Positions 36,625-46,738 are shown, counted from the stretch's first letter. The stretch: DNA of 64,000 bases from a bacterium (GCA_963674695.2 CAXXGI010000001.1:768001-832000); one strand, 5' to 3'. Numbers and translations are program-made. Notes: generated by a model not told the origin, from the sequence alone.

Positions 36625-37878
36625 ATGGAAATTCGAGATATTCAGGATCTGCCGCTCTATGCTCGCCCGCAAGCGCTGCGTCCCTTTCAGCATCGAAATT
36701 TTCGCCTCTTCTTCTCCGGACAGTCGATCTCGCTCATCGGCACCTGGTCGCAGAGTCTGGCGATCTCGTGGCTGGTCTGGCGCCTGACCGGTTCCGCGCT
36801 CTGGCTGGGACTCATCGGCTTTACGATGCAGTTTCCGATGTTGATCCTCGGCCTCATCGGCGGCGTGGCCGCCGATCGCTTCGACCGAAGGCGCTTTCTC
36901 ACCCTGCTGCAAATTCTGTGCATGCTGGAGGCGATCATCCTGGCCGTGCTCACGCTCACGGGTCTCATCGCGCTTTGGCAACTGGTGGTGCTGAGCATCT
37001 TCCTCGGCGTGGTCTATGCCTTTGAATTCCCGGTGCGCCAGGCCTTCGTCATGGACATGGTGGGCAAGCGCGACCTGCTCGCGGCCGTTTCGCTCTCGGC
37101 AGCAATGCTGCATGGCACGCGCATCCTCGGGCCGATGATCGCGGGGCTCGTCGTCGCCTGGAAGGGCGAGGGAATCTGCTTTCTCTTCAACGCCTTCACC
37201 TTTCTCTTTCTCATCACGGCACTGGCCCTGATCGATCGCAAGCAACTCGTCCGCGTACACAGCGAACGACAACCGCTTTGGGAATCCATCCGCGAAGGAC
37301 TTCACTTCGTGTGGAATGAACCCCGCGCGCGCAATGCCATCATCCTGGTGGTCATGGTGACGATCGTCGGCTTTCCGTTCGTCTACCTCATGCCGATCTT
37401 TGCCGACGAGGTCTTCGGGGGGGGCGCCGCCTACATGGGGTGGCTCATGGGGGCGAGTGCTGCCGGTGCGCTCATCGGCGCAGGGGTGCTGGCCCAGCGC
37501 ACCTCGTCGTCGAGGCTGCTCACGCTGGCCTCGGGCGGGGCGGTCCTGTTCGGACTCGCGCTCGTCGCCTTCAGCCGTTCGGATACGCTCTCGGTCGCAC
37601 TGCCGACGATTGCGATCGTCGGGTTCTTCCTCACCATCGTCTTCTCCAGCGTCAACACGCTCCTGCAGCATACGGCCCCCGATCACCTTCGGGGTCGCAT
37701 GATGAGTATCTTCACAACGGCCTTCATGGGATTGGCCCCGATCGGGAGCCTCCTGGGGGGGCTGTCCGCCCGCAGCTTTGGGGCCCAGACAACGGTGACC
37801 GGCTGCGGCCTCATCTGCCTCTGTGGAGGGATCCTCTTCTGGATTCGCGCCCGTCTGATCGACCGCCGCGAGGCATAA
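36625..37878 (+). CDS. MFS transporter (MFS_3 / DUF894-like)
   Basis: RNFRLFFSGQSISLIGTW, GVAADRFDRRR, PVRQAF, HLRGRMMS; about 12 TM helices. Confidence 0.92.
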   Translation: MEIRDIQDLPLYARPQALRPFQHRNFRLFFSGQSISLIGTWSQSLAISWLVWRLTGSALWLGLIGFTMQFPMLILGLIGGVAADRFDRRRFLTLLQILCMLEAIILAVLTLTGLIALWQLVVLSIFLGVVYAFEFPVRQAFVMDMVGKRDLLAAVSLSAAMLHGTRILGPMIAGLVVAWKGEGICFLFNAFTFLFLITALALIDRKQLVRVHSERQPLWESIREGLHFVWNEPRARNAIILVVMVTIVGFPFVYLMPIFADEVFGGGAAYMGWLMGASAAGALIGAGVLAQRTSSSRLLTLASGGAVLFGLALVAFSRSDTLSVALPTIAIVGFFLTIVFSSVNTLLQHTAPDHLRGRMMSIFTTAFMGLAPIGSLLGGLSARSFGAQTTVTGCGLICLCGGILFWIRARLIDRREA

Positions 37879-37907
37879 AAAAACCGAGCCCAAATGGCCC
37901 GGTTTTT
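37877..37907. terminator. Bidirectional intrinsic terminator-like hairpin
   Basis: aaaaaaaccgagcc-caaat-ggcccggttttt. Confidence 0.55.
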
Positions 37908-37928
37908 CTCTCTGCGTCACTATATATA

Positions 37929-37956
37929 TTATCGGCAGGAGAGACCCGAAAGTTGC
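37929..37956 (-). promoter_or_regulatory. Sigma28-like promoter motif with no downstream ORF
   Basis: Minus strand GCAAC-N15-GCCGATAA. Confidence 0.5.
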
Positions 37957-38298
37957 GTGGAGATTTCGGTTTTGACCGAAAAACGACAATCACGCATAAA
38001 ACCAGGATTTGCCGTTCAAATAGCGCCCATTTCCCCTCAAAATCGTTCAAAATCCTCCCCCGTTTTGACCCTCAAAATAGCGCCAACAGGGCGATGCCCG
38101 AGAAAACGGTTTGAGTTGTTCTTGTGGCACCCCCCCCCATCGGCTTCAATGCAAACGGAGCGTCAAAAAACGGCACACATTTCAGTCAGTTGTCAACATT
38201 TTGACAAAATAGGAACGACACCTCGCCCAAAAACACGCGTCGGATAAATGACATCTAGATAAATCAATATGTTATGGCGCTGAAAAATCTCCCCCCAT

Positions 38299-38314
38299 TG
38301 GCACAAACATTGCT
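38299..38314 (+). promoter_or_regulatory. Sigma54 -24/-12 promoter with upstream palindromic UAS candidate
   Basis: TGGCACAAACATTGCT; TGTCAACATTTTGACA palindrome at 38191-38206. Confidence 0.75.
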
Positions 38315-38370
38315 TTATTCATTGAGTTGTAACGAACAGAAACTGCGTCGCCCATTGGGGAGGGCCGATC

Positions 38371-38940
38371 ATGAAGAGACGCCGGGAAAACGCATCGTTT
38401 ATCGAGCAGCTCAAACGGACGGTCCGGTCGCTGCGCGACATGAAGCCAGGCGAGGTGCATGTCCTGTCCATCAACGCCAACTACGGGCACTACCAGATCG
38501 TGATCGGGGCCAAGGGGGTGAGCGATGCGCAGGACAGCTCGGAGATGCGCCCTATCGAGATCAACGGTGAGATCCATCACCTCTTCGTCTCGCCGCGCGC
38601 GATCCGAGCGATGCCGTCGCGACAACAGGTGATGGAGAACCTCAAGAACACGGTCATCATGAATGGACTCACCGTCCATCTACGCGACCCCCTGGGGGAC
38701 GGCCATCACTTGAGCGATGAGAATGGCAGCAACGGTCTGCATGCGCGCGAATACATCAACCTGGCTGGAACGAAGGGGGACGAGCTGATCGAACGGGCCG
38801 AGCACTCCGGATCGCTGTCCATGGCGGCCTATCGACTCATTCAGGAAGACATCCTGCACGCCATCCGTGAGCGGAAGCGGAAGAAAACGCTGTCGGCGGA
38901 GAAGGGAAAGATGAAACAAAAAGCCGTGGCCCGCTCCTGA
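38371..38940 (+). CDS. Hypothetical protein (basic termini)
   Basis: 189-aa ORF, RBS ggggagg, typical codon usage, sigma54 promoter upstream. Confidence 0.75.
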   Translation: MKRRRENASFIEQLKRTVRSLRDMKPGEVHVLSINANYGHYQIVIGAKGVSDAQDSSEMRPIEINGEIHHLFVSPRAIRAMPSRQQVMENLKNTVIMNGLTVHLRDPLGDGHHLSDENGSNGLHAREYINLAGTKGDELIERAEHSGSLSMAAYRLIQEDILHAIRERKRKKTLSAEKGKMKQKAVARS

Positions 38941-38945
38941 CCATT

Positions 38946-39914
38946 CTAATGAAGGAATTGGGAGGGGTCGTATGCCAACGTCGGACGCACCGTCTTGCCG
39001 CCGTCCCAGAGGCGAATGGCGGGCGAGCGAAAGACGCTGCGCGCGGCGAGTTCGATGAGCTGCACGATGATCGGGGTGACCTTCCTCGTAAGCTTTCCCC
39101 TCACGACAAACAGCTGTTGCCCGATGGACATCTGGGAAAAATCCGGGGAGGGCTCGATCCACAGTCGAGACGGCATGAACTGCGGTCGTTTCCAACACTC
39201 CTGCTGCTGGCTCAGGATCTCATCCCCTGGATTCAAACGTTCGCACTCCGCAGTGATCGCCGAGACGTCCTGCTGCAAAAATATCCCGGATCGCGTCGAT
39301 GCGGAAAACTCCTTCCAAAACGGATGGTCGTCCGCAAGGGAGCGCCCGGCCAATTGAAATAAGTCCAGACCTCCAGCGATGCCGATGGTCATGATCCCCG
39401 ACATCGGTTTGTCCCAACTGTTCCCAGCAGAACCGTAGAATTTCTGATAGATCGCACACAACCCCGAAGACATCCAATTCACGAATACGCTGAGAAGCCT
39501 CTTGTTGTTTTCGCTGGCCTCCGAAAGCATCAACAGGTCGACGGCGGGCGGGATGGTGTAAAATCGTGACATCGGTACGAGAGAATTGCCGACCTTCCAC
39601 TTCGGGTCGCTCTCCTTTTCATAACCAAAGGTCAGCACGTCATCGTCCGCTTCCCCTAACGCGACGCCCGTCGGATCTCGGCCGATCCATCCTTCTTTGG
39701 CGGCACTTTTCGTATAGCGGACAAAGGCGTCATAGGACCGAGTGTGTTCGACGATCGGCAGCGCGCGAATATCCGCCTCCCCCAACGGACCCGTCTGGTC
39801 GACATCGACAAGCCCCGGCACGACGGGGGTTCCCTCCGTGTTGATCGCAAAACCGGTGAGCGCCGCGTTGTAATAGGCGGGGGTGGGAAGGAATGCGGGA
39901 AAAGAACCACTCAT
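38946..39914 (-). CDS. Hypothetical orphan protein
   Basis: Long ORF, RBS aagga, start chosen at MSGSFP; no recognisable motif. Confidence 0.6.
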   Translation of the reverse strand: MSGSFPAFLPTPAYYNAALTGFAINTEGTPVVPGLVDVDQTGPLGEADIRALPIVEHTRSYDAFVRYTKSAAKEGWIGRDPTGVALGEADDDVLTFGYEKESDPKWKVGNSLVPMSRFYTIPPAVDLLMLSEASENNKRLLSVFVNWMSSGLCAIYQKFYGSAGNSWDKPMSGIMTIGIAGGLDLFQLAGRSLADDHPFWKEFSASTRSGIFLQQDVSAITAECERLNPGDEILSQQQECWKRPQFMPSRLWIEPSPDFSQMSIGQQLFVVRGKLTRKVTPIIVQLIELAARSVFRSPAIRLWDGGKTVRPTLAYDPSQFLH

Positions 39915-40040
39915 CTTCTCATCCTTTCCAAGGGCACCGAGAAAACAGACACGCCCCTTGCTCGTTCGTATACAGAGAACGGAACCGAACAGGCAAGTGT
40001 CATGTAGGAATAACACATGCGGGAGAGGAGAGAGAACCAA

Positions 40041-41801
40041 TTACCGCTTCAACGCAATTCCCAATTCATCGAGTTGAGCTGTCGCCACTTCCGATGGGGC
40101 CTCGGCCATGAGGTCAGAGGCACGGGCGGTTTTGGGGAAGGCGATGACATCGCGGATGTTCTCGGTGCCGGCGAGCAGCATCACGAGGCGATCGAGCCCG
40201 AGCGCGATGCCCCCGTGCGGCGGCGCGCCATAAGAGAGCGCGTCGAGCAGAAACCCGAATTTCGCGCGTGCCTCCTCCTCCCCGATGCCGAGCTTTTCGA
40301 AGATCTTGGACTGCACCTGGGAGTCGTGGATACGGATGGAGCCGCCGCCCATTTCATTGCCATTCATGATGATATCGTAGGCGAGCGAGCGCGCCTTGCC
40401 CGGATCGGTCTCCAGGAGTGCGACGTCCTCCGGATGCGGTGCGGTGAAGGGGTGATGCACCGCCATATGCCGATGCTCTTCCTCGCTGAATTCGAGGAGC
40501 GGAAAATCGGTGACCCAGAAGAGGTCGAGTTTCGATTCGTCGACGAGACCGAGTTTTTTCCCGAACGCGACGCGGATGGTGCCGAGCGCATCGCCCACCA
40601 CGCTCGGTTTGTCGCCGATGATGAGGACGATGTCGTTCTCTTTGGCCTTCGCATTGGCAACGATTGCCGCGCGTTCATCATCGGAGAGAAACTTGGCGAT
40701 CGAACCACTCCACGCCTCACCTCCAACGCGCACCCAGGCCAGGCCCTTGGCGCCGAAGGTCTTGGCCTTCTCCTCGAGCTCACTGATCCCCTTGCGCGAG
40801 AGTTCGGCCGCGCCGACGTTGAGCCCCTTGACGATTCCGCCCGCCTCCACGACGGAGGCGAACGCCTTGAACCCAGACCCGCGAAACACCTCGGTCAGAT
40901 CGGTAAGCTCCCACGGGATGCGCCGATCGGGACGGTCGCTGCCGTAGCGCGCCATCGCCTCAGCGTAGGTGATGCGCTCGAGCGGCAATTGCAGATCGAT
41001 CCCCTTGATCTCTTTGAGAATCGCGGCGAAGAGGCCATCCATGATCGCAAGCAGACCGTCGCGATCGACGAACGAGAGTTCCATATCCACCTGCGTGAAC
41101 TCCGGCTGGCGATCGGCGCGCAGATCCTCGTCGCGAAAGCACTTCACGATCTGGAAATAGCGATCGCACCCGGCGACCATCAGGAGCTGTTTGAAGATCT
41201 GCGGACTCTGCGGCAGGGCATAGAAATTTCCCGGATGAATGCGCGACGGCACGAGATAGTCGCGCGCGCCCTCGGGTGTGCTCTTGGTGAGCATCGGGGT
41301 TTCGACCTCGAGAAAGCCCGCATCGGAGAGATAATTCCGGACGACCTGCGCCGTCTTGTGCCGAAGCTGGAGGATGCGCTGCAGATAGGGGCGGCGCAGA
41401 TCGAGATAGCGGTATTTGAGACGCACATCCTCGGAGGCATCGGTCTCCTCCTCGACGAGAAAAGGAGGGGTCGCCGCTTCGTTTAAAACCTCGATGCGAT
41501 CGACGGCCACCTCGATCGCCCCCGTGGGCATGTCGGGATTTTCCTGACCCGCAGGACGGGCGGACACTTTCCCCTCGATTTCGAGGACGTATTCATAGCG
41601 CACGTGCTCGGCCGCGCGCAGCACCTCGGGCGATACCTCGTTCGGATTGATGACGACCTGGGTCACGCCGAAGCGATCGCGTAACCCCAGGAAGATGAGC
41701 CCGCCCAGATCGCGACGCGAACCGACCCAGCCCTGGAGGACGACTTTTTTTCCAACGTCGGCGCGGTCGAGCTCACCGCAGGTGTGTGTACGCTGTTTCA
41801 T
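40041..41801 (-). CDS. aspS: Aspartate--tRNA ligase
   Basis: RTHTCGEL, RRDLGGLIF, LKYRYLDLRR, TPEGARDYLVPSR, LPQSPQIFKQ, FRDEDLRADRQPEF, GAPPHGGIALGLDR. Confidence 0.98.
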   Translation of the reverse strand: MKQRTHTCGELDRADVGKKVVLQGWVGSRRDLGGLIFLGLRDRFGVTQVVINPNEVSPEVLRAAEHVRYEYVLEIEGKVSARPAGQENPDMPTGAIEVAVDRIEVLNEAATPPFLVEEETDASEDVRLKYRYLDLRRPYLQRILQLRHKTAQVVRNYLSDAGFLEVETPMLTKSTPEGARDYLVPSRIHPGNFYALPQSPQIFKQLLMVAGCDRYFQIVKCFRDEDLRADRQPEFTQVDMELSFVDRDGLLAIMDGLFAAILKEIKGIDLQLPLERITYAEAMARYGSDRPDRRIPWELTDLTEVFRGSGFKAFASVVEAGGIVKGLNVGAAELSRKGISELEEKAKTFGAKGLAWVRVGGEAWSGSIAKFLSDDERAAIVANAKAKENDIVLIIGDKPSVVGDALGTIRVAFGKKLGLVDESKLDLFWVTDFPLLEFSEEEHRHMAVHHPFTAPHPEDVALLETDPGKARSLAYDIIMNGNEMGGGSIRIHDSQVQSKIFEKLGIGEEEARAKFGFLLDALSYGAPPHGGIALGLDRLVMLLAGTENIRDVIAFPKTARASDLMAEAPSEVATAQLDELGIALKR

Positions 41802-41814
41802 GAAGACCTCTTTT

Positions 41815-41910
41815 GCCAGTCAAGCCAGTCAAGCAAAGGCGACTGTACTTCGATTCTGCCGTCAACTTTTCTCGCCTGACTGGCCTGACTAGCCTGACTA
41901 GCCTGACTGG
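41815..41910. repeat. Inverted 9-mer tandem-repeat element between hisS and aspS
   Basis: gccagtcaagccagtcaagc...cctgactggcctgactagcctgactagcctgactggc; same element as 33704-33830. Confidence 0.85.
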
Positions 41911-41922
41911 CGGGTGTGGCCG

Positions 41923-43194
41923 TTACCCACCGATTTCGACGAAGTGCAACGGCAGATCGCGGATGCGCACCTCGGCCTGCGTTCCGGCACGCATATCGCG
42001 CACCTGGGCGATTCCCTTGGTGATCTCGTCGTCGCCAACGATCACGACCGTCTCGGCAGAGAGCCTGTCGGCGCGACGCATCTGCGCCTTGAGCGACTTG
42101 CCCGCATAGTCCCAGACCACGCGCACACCGTCGCGGCGAATCGTCTGGATGAGAGGCAACACCGCATCGCGCGCCTTCTCGCCAAGCACGGCGAAAAAAA
42201 CCAGATCCTGCGCGCGACCATTGGCGCGCTCCATCTCCAGCAGCAGGATCAAGCGCTCCATGCCGAGGGCAAAGCCCACGCCCGCCACATCCGGACCACC
42301 CAGTTCCTTCACCAATCCGTCGTAGCGACCGCCGGCGGCGACGGCATTCTGCGCGCCGAGCTTGGTCGTCGTGAATTCAAATGCGGTGCGCATATAATAG
42401 TCCAGCCCTCGCACGATGCGCTCGTTCACGGAGAAGGGAATCTCGAGCTGTTCGAGGGCGGCGCGCACCGCGGCAAAATGCGGTTCGCATTCTCCGCACC
42501 AGAACGTCGAGATGCGCGGGGCTTGTTCGATGAGCGACCGACAGGTCGCTTGCTTGCAATCGAGGATGCGCAGCGCGTTGCGTTCGAGCCGACGCATACA
42601 ATCGGCGCAGAGGTCTTTCTGATGTTCACGAAAGTACGCGACGAGGGCTTCGTTATAGTTCGGACGACAGACGTTGCATCCGATCGAATTGATCTCGAGC
42701 GTGAGATCTGATAGCCCCAACTCGCTGAAAAAGTGCGCGACCATCGCCATCATCTCCGCATCGGCCAAGGGGCTATCGACGCCGAGCAGCTCACAGCCGA
42801 TCTGATGGAACTGACGCTGGCGCCCCTTTTGTGGACGCTCGCGCCGAAACATCGGACCACCGTAGAAGTAGCGCGCGATCGGATCGGTCTGAAAGACGTT
42901 TCCCTCGATATAGGCGCGCACGACCGACGCCGTCCCCTCCGGGCGCAGCGTGAGGGGTTCATCCCCCTGATCGACGAAGCTATACATCTCTTTCTCGACG
43001 ATGGAGGTCGTCTCGCCGACACCGCGGCGAAAGAGCTCGGTGCGCTCGACGATCGGCGTGCGGATCTCGCCATAACCGTAGGTCGAAAAGATCCGGCGGG
43101 CCTTTTCTTCCACCTCCTGCCAGAGGAGAGTCATCGGCGGCAGGATGTCGGGCATCCCCTTGACGGCGCGAATTTTATTGTGTCCCTTGGCCAT
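41923..43194 (-). CDS. hisS: Histidine--tRNA ligase
   Basis: LRPEGTA, FRRERPQKGRQRQFHQ, VRGLDYY, AGGRYDGL, GFALGMER. Confidence 0.98.
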   Translation of the reverse strand: MAKGHNKIRAVKGMPDILPPMTLLWQEVEEKARRIFSTYGYGEIRTPIVERTELFRRGVGETTSIVEKEMYSFVDQGDEPLTLRPEGTASVVRAYIEGNVFQTDPIARYFYGGPMFRRERPQKGRQRQFHQIGCELLGVDSPLADAEMMAMVAHFFSELGLSDLTLEINSIGCNVCRPNYNEALVAYFREHQKDLCADCMRRLERNALRILDCKQATCRSLIEQAPRISTFWCGECEPHFAAVRAALEQLEIPFSVNERIVRGLDYYMRTAFEFTTTKLGAQNAVAAGGRYDGLVKELGGPDVAGVGFALGMERLILLLEMERANGRAQDLVFFAVLGEKARDAVLPLIQTIRRDGVRVVWDYAGKSLKAQMRRADRLSAETVVIVGDDEITKGIAQVRDMRAGTQAEVRIRDLPLHFVEIGG

Positions 43195-43280
43195 ATGGGG
43201 TCTGTGCGTACCAGATGCGACATGGGGCGTCAATCGCGCGACTTGCTAACACCTCGAAAAACAGCTACTATCGGAAAACC

Positions 43281-44363
43281 ATGCACATCCGACACCTTTT
43301 GATCCTCGCCCTCTGCATCACCTTCCTTTCGGGATGCTACAATCCTTTCAGCAACTTCCTTGACCTCTTCGACGGCGATGGCGACGGCAATGACGATCGC
43401 AATGCCTCTCCCGATCGCGTGATCGAAGCGACCGATCAGTTCGCGCTCGCCATCGGCGGCGTGGCCTCCGGGCGGGATGAGCTGGTCATCTATAATGATG
43501 CCGGAGACATCCGCAGCTTCGATGGCCAGACGCTCGTCTGTACCGCCGAGGACAACATCGTCCATATCGGAACGCGCCCGGGGTATACAACCGCGGCCGA
43601 AGGCAGTGGCGTCCTGCTCACCGCGATCGAGCCGGGGGTGACCGCCGTGCACTGCACCGTGGATGACGCCGCGCTGTCGGCCGTCTACGAGATCACCATT
43701 CCACCGCAGTCGCTCATCCAGATCCTGGTCGCCGAAGGGGCACTGCCGATCGCCGAGGAGGCCGAACTCGACGAGGAATACGAAGACGAGGATGTCGTCA
43801 TGCTCGATAGCGTCAGCCCCACGGCCAGCGCCCTGGGCGCGGTCATCCGCAACCGGATCGATCGCATCAACATGAACGACGACCCGGGACTCTTCAATGC
43901 GGACGAGGAGGACTACGACGCCGACGCACCCGCCTCCTATTATGATGCGGTGATTTATGCCGAGGACCAGTTCGAGCCGACCGATCGCGAGAACGCTGCG
44001 TATGAGATCTTCTCCGATGCGCAGGATCGTAACTTCCTGGAAGACGACTGGCGCATCGCCTACGACCAGGCCGTGATCACCGCCGCCGGCATCTTCAACC
44101 GCGACATCGCCGACCCCACGACCGGGGCATTCGGCTTTCGCTCACCGACAGAAGGCGAATGGAGTGTCATTCAGGAGGGACTCTGGACGCACACGCTCGA
44201 GACCCCCGACGGCGCGGGATTCTCCGATGCCAGCTTCCCGTCGCTCGCCCCGATCCAGCTCCTCATTCTGCCGGACGCCTACACCTACGAGGACGGCCGC
44301 CCCGCCTTCGTCTATGCCCGGAAGCGCACGAGCTCCGACTTCGCCGTGACCAATCAGCCGTAA
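43281..44363 (+). CDS. Acidic lipoprotein with Ig-like region and SleB/Hydrolase_2-like cell-wall hydrolase domain
   Basis: Lipobox LSGC; LIQILVAEG...ALGAVIRNRI...AVIYAEDQFEP...DPTTGAFGF parallels SleB motifs. Confidence 0.7.
   Translation: MHIRHLLILALCITFLSGCYNPFSNFLDLFDGDGDGNDDRNASPDRVIEATDQFALAIGGVASGRDELVIYNDAGDIRSFDGQTLVCTAEDNIVHIGTRPGYTTAAEGSGVLLTAIEPGVTAVHCTVDDAALSAVYEITIPPQSLIQILVAEGALPIAEEAELDEEYEDEDVVMLDSVSPTASALGAVIRNRIDRINMNDDPGLFNADEEDYDADAPASYYDAVIYAEDQFEPTDRENAAYEIFSDAQDRNFLEDDWRIAYDQAVITAAGIFNRDIADPTTGAFGFRSPTEGEWSVIQEGLWTHTLETPDGAGFSDASFPSLAPIQLLILPDAYTYEDGRPAFVYARKRTSSDFAVTNQP
44326..44363 (+). repeat. att-like direct repeat copy 1 (3' end of the lipoprotein gene)
   Basis: gcacgagctccgacttcgccgtgaccaatcagccgtaa encoding TSSDFAVTNQP*. 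Confidence 0.9.
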
Positions 44364-44446
44364 GCACCCATTTGACCGACGAGATAGCTCATCGTTGACT
44401 CATTCGAAACAAAGAAGATGGGGAATTGATACTTCTTCGACACAAC

Positions 44447-45001
44447 TTATCCGCGCATTTCTCGAACAAGCTCTGCAAAAACCTGGATACCATTTCGGTC
44501 AAGCGCCGCATCGAATTGTTCGAGCCATGAGACGATGAAGGGTTCATTGAAGGCGGGGTTTTTGAGCAACATCGACTTCACATCTTCGAGATCACGCGGA
44601 CGACCGGCAACGATCTTGTGGATGATCACATCCTCGAGCGAGGCATACCGAACTGTAACGCCGTCGATATCCACTTCGCGAGCACGTTGAATCGCATCGC
44701 GTTCATAGGGGGAAAAGGAGAAAACGAGATCCACACGAATGCCGCTGATGTCATCGCGCAGGGGAAAGACCATCGTGCGCCGGACAAACGATTCGTCATC
44801 CTTGAGCGCCGTCAACCCGAGCCCCCCAATGGCATCCTTGACCTTCGCAAAATCTTCGACGCCGACGCCCAGCGTGACATCGATATCGCGCGTCAGGCGC
44901 GGTTCTCCATAGATGAGCACCGCCTGGCCGCCAATCACCATATAGGGAATCGAAGCCTGGTTGAAGGATTGCGCCAATTTTTTAAGCAGCTCTTGAAACA
45001 C
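44447..45001 (-). CDS. Nucleotidyltransferase (DUF6036/AbiEii-like), putative toxin
   Basis: YMVIGGQAV..YGEPRLTRDIDV, LEDVIIHKIVAGRPRDLEDV; GTG start overlapping the upstream small gene. Confidence 0.8.
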   Translation of the reverse strand: MFQELLKKLAQSFNQASIPYMVIGGQAVLIYGEPRLTRDIDVTLGVGVEDFAKVKDAIGGLGLTALKDDESFVRRTMVFPLRDDISGIRVDLVFSFSPYERDAIQRAREVDIDGVTVRYASLEDVIIHKIVAGRPRDLEDVKSMLLKNPAFNEPFIVSWLEQFDAALDRNGIQVFAELVREMRG

Positions 45002-45188
45002 GATTGACCGCCTTGGCGACGCGAATATCCACTTCGATTCCTTCGAGTGGATCTTTGGGAGGAAAAACACCGAGAGCGATGGCCTCGGCATGCATCGCAT
45101 CGAGCAAATTCAGTTTTTGCGCGATAGTGAGGTCATCGTGTCTAAGAAGTTCTCGTTCAAATGCATGCCATTCGGATCGATCGTTCAT
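44982..45188 (-). CDS. Small protein overlapping the nucleotidyltransferase gene, putative antitoxin
   Basis: 68 aa, 20-bp overlap with the downstream gene, typical TA layout. Confidence 0.65.
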   Translation of the reverse strand: MNDRSEWHAFERELLRHDDLTIAQKLNLLDAMHAEAIALGVFPPKDPLEGIEVDIRVAKAVNRVSRAA

Positions 45189-45257
45189 GCACCAATGCTA
45201 ACATAGGCCCACGCGACAAACAAGCGCAGACTTAGTCCACACTTCCATCTATACAGC

Positions 45258-45416
45258 GATGAGATACTTCTGCTCTTGCGCTATGATTCAAAAGAGATCT
45301 GGGAGGCACTCGATATATCGAAACAAGGCGCGATGAATCTCATCAATCCACTGCTCAAGGCCGGCATCATCGAACGCATCGGAACGAGGAAATCGGGGAA
45401 GTATATTTTGAAGTGA
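45258..45416 (+). pseudogene. Remnant winged-HTH C-terminus (Fic-like gene fragment)
   Basis: Reads EILLLLRYDSKEIWEALDISKQGAMNLINPLLKAGIIERIGTRKSGKYILK* with no credible start. Confidence 0.55.
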
Positions 45417-45428
45417 CCTCACGCCGCC

Positions 45429-45466
45429 GCACGAGTTCCGATTTTGCGGTGACCAATCAGCCGTAA
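45429..45466 (+). repeat. att-like direct repeat copy 2
   Basis: gcacgagttccgattttgcggtgaccaatcagccgtaa. Confidence 0.9.
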
Positions 45467-45498
45467 AAAAAACCGTGGCATCGGGATCGACGCCACGG
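45465..45498 (-). terminator. Intrinsic terminator for 45551-46507
   Basis: ccgtggc...gccacgg stem with an A8 tract (U-tract on the minus strand). Confidence 0.6.
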
Positions 45499-45550
45499 CT
45501 TCATCTCCTCTTGAAATCGATCAAGCCTCTTCCATGATCGCAATGAATTC

Positions 45551-46507
45551 CTAGTGCCAACCGTACTCGCTGTCGCGGGGCGCGGCGAGCAGGCCCGACT
45601 CGATCATCCGACGGGCGGGATCGGTGGAGACCACGCCCGGAAACGCGGCGGCATATCCGCGGAGGAGATCGAGGTGCGTGGCCGCACTGTGATCGATCGC
45701 CGCCAGCGCATCTTCGCGGTCGGTGGGCTGATGGAACTTTTGCATAACAGATGCCCGTTTTAAATTGAAATACGCAGATGCAAAAAATTGGCAACATCCC
45801 AGTACGGTGCCTATGTGACCCACAGCTTCGACTAAGATCTGTGCATTACGCCCCAAATATTCACTCAGACTAGACATCGCACCAAATAAAACAATTGCGC
45901 CAAAAGCGAACCATGCAGACTTTATCTGTGATATTTCCTTGCGCACCGCCGACAGCGCGCACAGGTTCGTATAGATGTTGCCCCCCAGCGCATGCGCGAG
46001 CGTCGCACCGGCCTCCGGCGTGATGATCTCGCAATCAACCGCACCCTTCAACGATGCACCCTGAAGGGCCGGATGGATGAGCATCGAATCTGCAAAGAGC
46101 CGATCGCCCGGTTGACTGCGCTCGCGCATCGTATCAGGGCTCGCCGGAAAGAGCGGAATGCCGAACCTGTGCCCATCGATGTATGTCGCCAACGCATCGA
46201 TCCTTTTGCTCAAGACGGGATTGAACTCCTCGATGAATGCGTCGCGGTTCTTCGCGCCCTGCTGGCAGAGCCCTCCATTGGAGGCAAATGCCAATTCCTG
46301 TTGAACGAGTTGCCGATTCACAGCAGCGACCGCTTCCGAAGGATCGGCATCGGCAAAAAGCCCTTGGGTTCCCTCCAGCAAGTTTCCCTCCGGACTTCTC
46401 TCGAGCAACGGCTCGGTATAGACGGGACCCTGCATCGCCGTCGCGATCTCCTGCCAGCCGAATGCCATTGGTGCTGCACCTGCGGTCATCGCATTCATGA
46501 ATGTCAT
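45551..46507 (-). CDS. Orphan membrane protein, cassette paralog A
   Basis: RBS gaggagg, start MTFMNAM; shares N- and C-terminal blocks with 46847-47797; AT-rich hydrophobic segment at about 45750-45940. Confidence 0.75.
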   Translation of the reverse strand: MTFMNAMTAGAAPMAFGWQEIATAMQGPVYTEPLLERSPEGNLLEGTQGLFADADPSEAVAAVNRQLVQQELAFASNGGLCQQGAKNRDAFIEEFNPVLSKRIDALATYIDGHRFGIPLFPASPDTMRERSQPGDRLFADSMLIHPALQGASLKGAVDCEIITPEAGATLAHALGGNIYTNLCALSAVRKEISQIKSAWFAFGAIVLFGAMSSLSEYLGRNAQILVEAVGHIGTVLGCCQFFASAYFNLKRASVMQKFHQPTDREDALAAIDHSAATHLDLLRGYAAAFPGVVSTDPARRMIESGLLAAPRDSEYGWH

Positions 46508-46554
46508 CGCATCCTCCTCGTCGTTAATCCCCGATAAAACTTCCTTTAGCCCAT

Positions 46555-46581
46555 ATATCGCACATGGCCAGGATTTGTTGC
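46555..46581 (-). promoter_or_regulatory. Sigma28-like promoter motif copy
   Basis: Minus strand GCAAC-N14-TGCGATAT. Confidence 0.55.
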
Positions 46582-46738
46582 GAGTTTTCCAAACAAGTAC
46601 GCCGGATAGAGTTGTCTCCGCATGAGGCTGGATTCCCCGCCTGCCTCGCGAACGCTCGGCGAACGGGCAAGAAGATTGAAGCTCTCCCGCCGGAGGCGGG
46701 CAGGCGGGAACGACAGCAGCACACTGGATTCCACCGCT

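Noticed and set aside
40017-41486. Long antisense ORFs (also 31527-33497, 36487-37989, 54613-55929, 59911-61254, 7094-8458)
   Set aside because: Shadow frames opposite well-supported genes in high-GC DNA, with no motifs.
40041-41801. Calling AspRS discriminating or non-discriminating
   Set aside because: The signature residues are mixed (RRDLG but RPAG); it cannot be decided without checking asnS presence and phylogeny.
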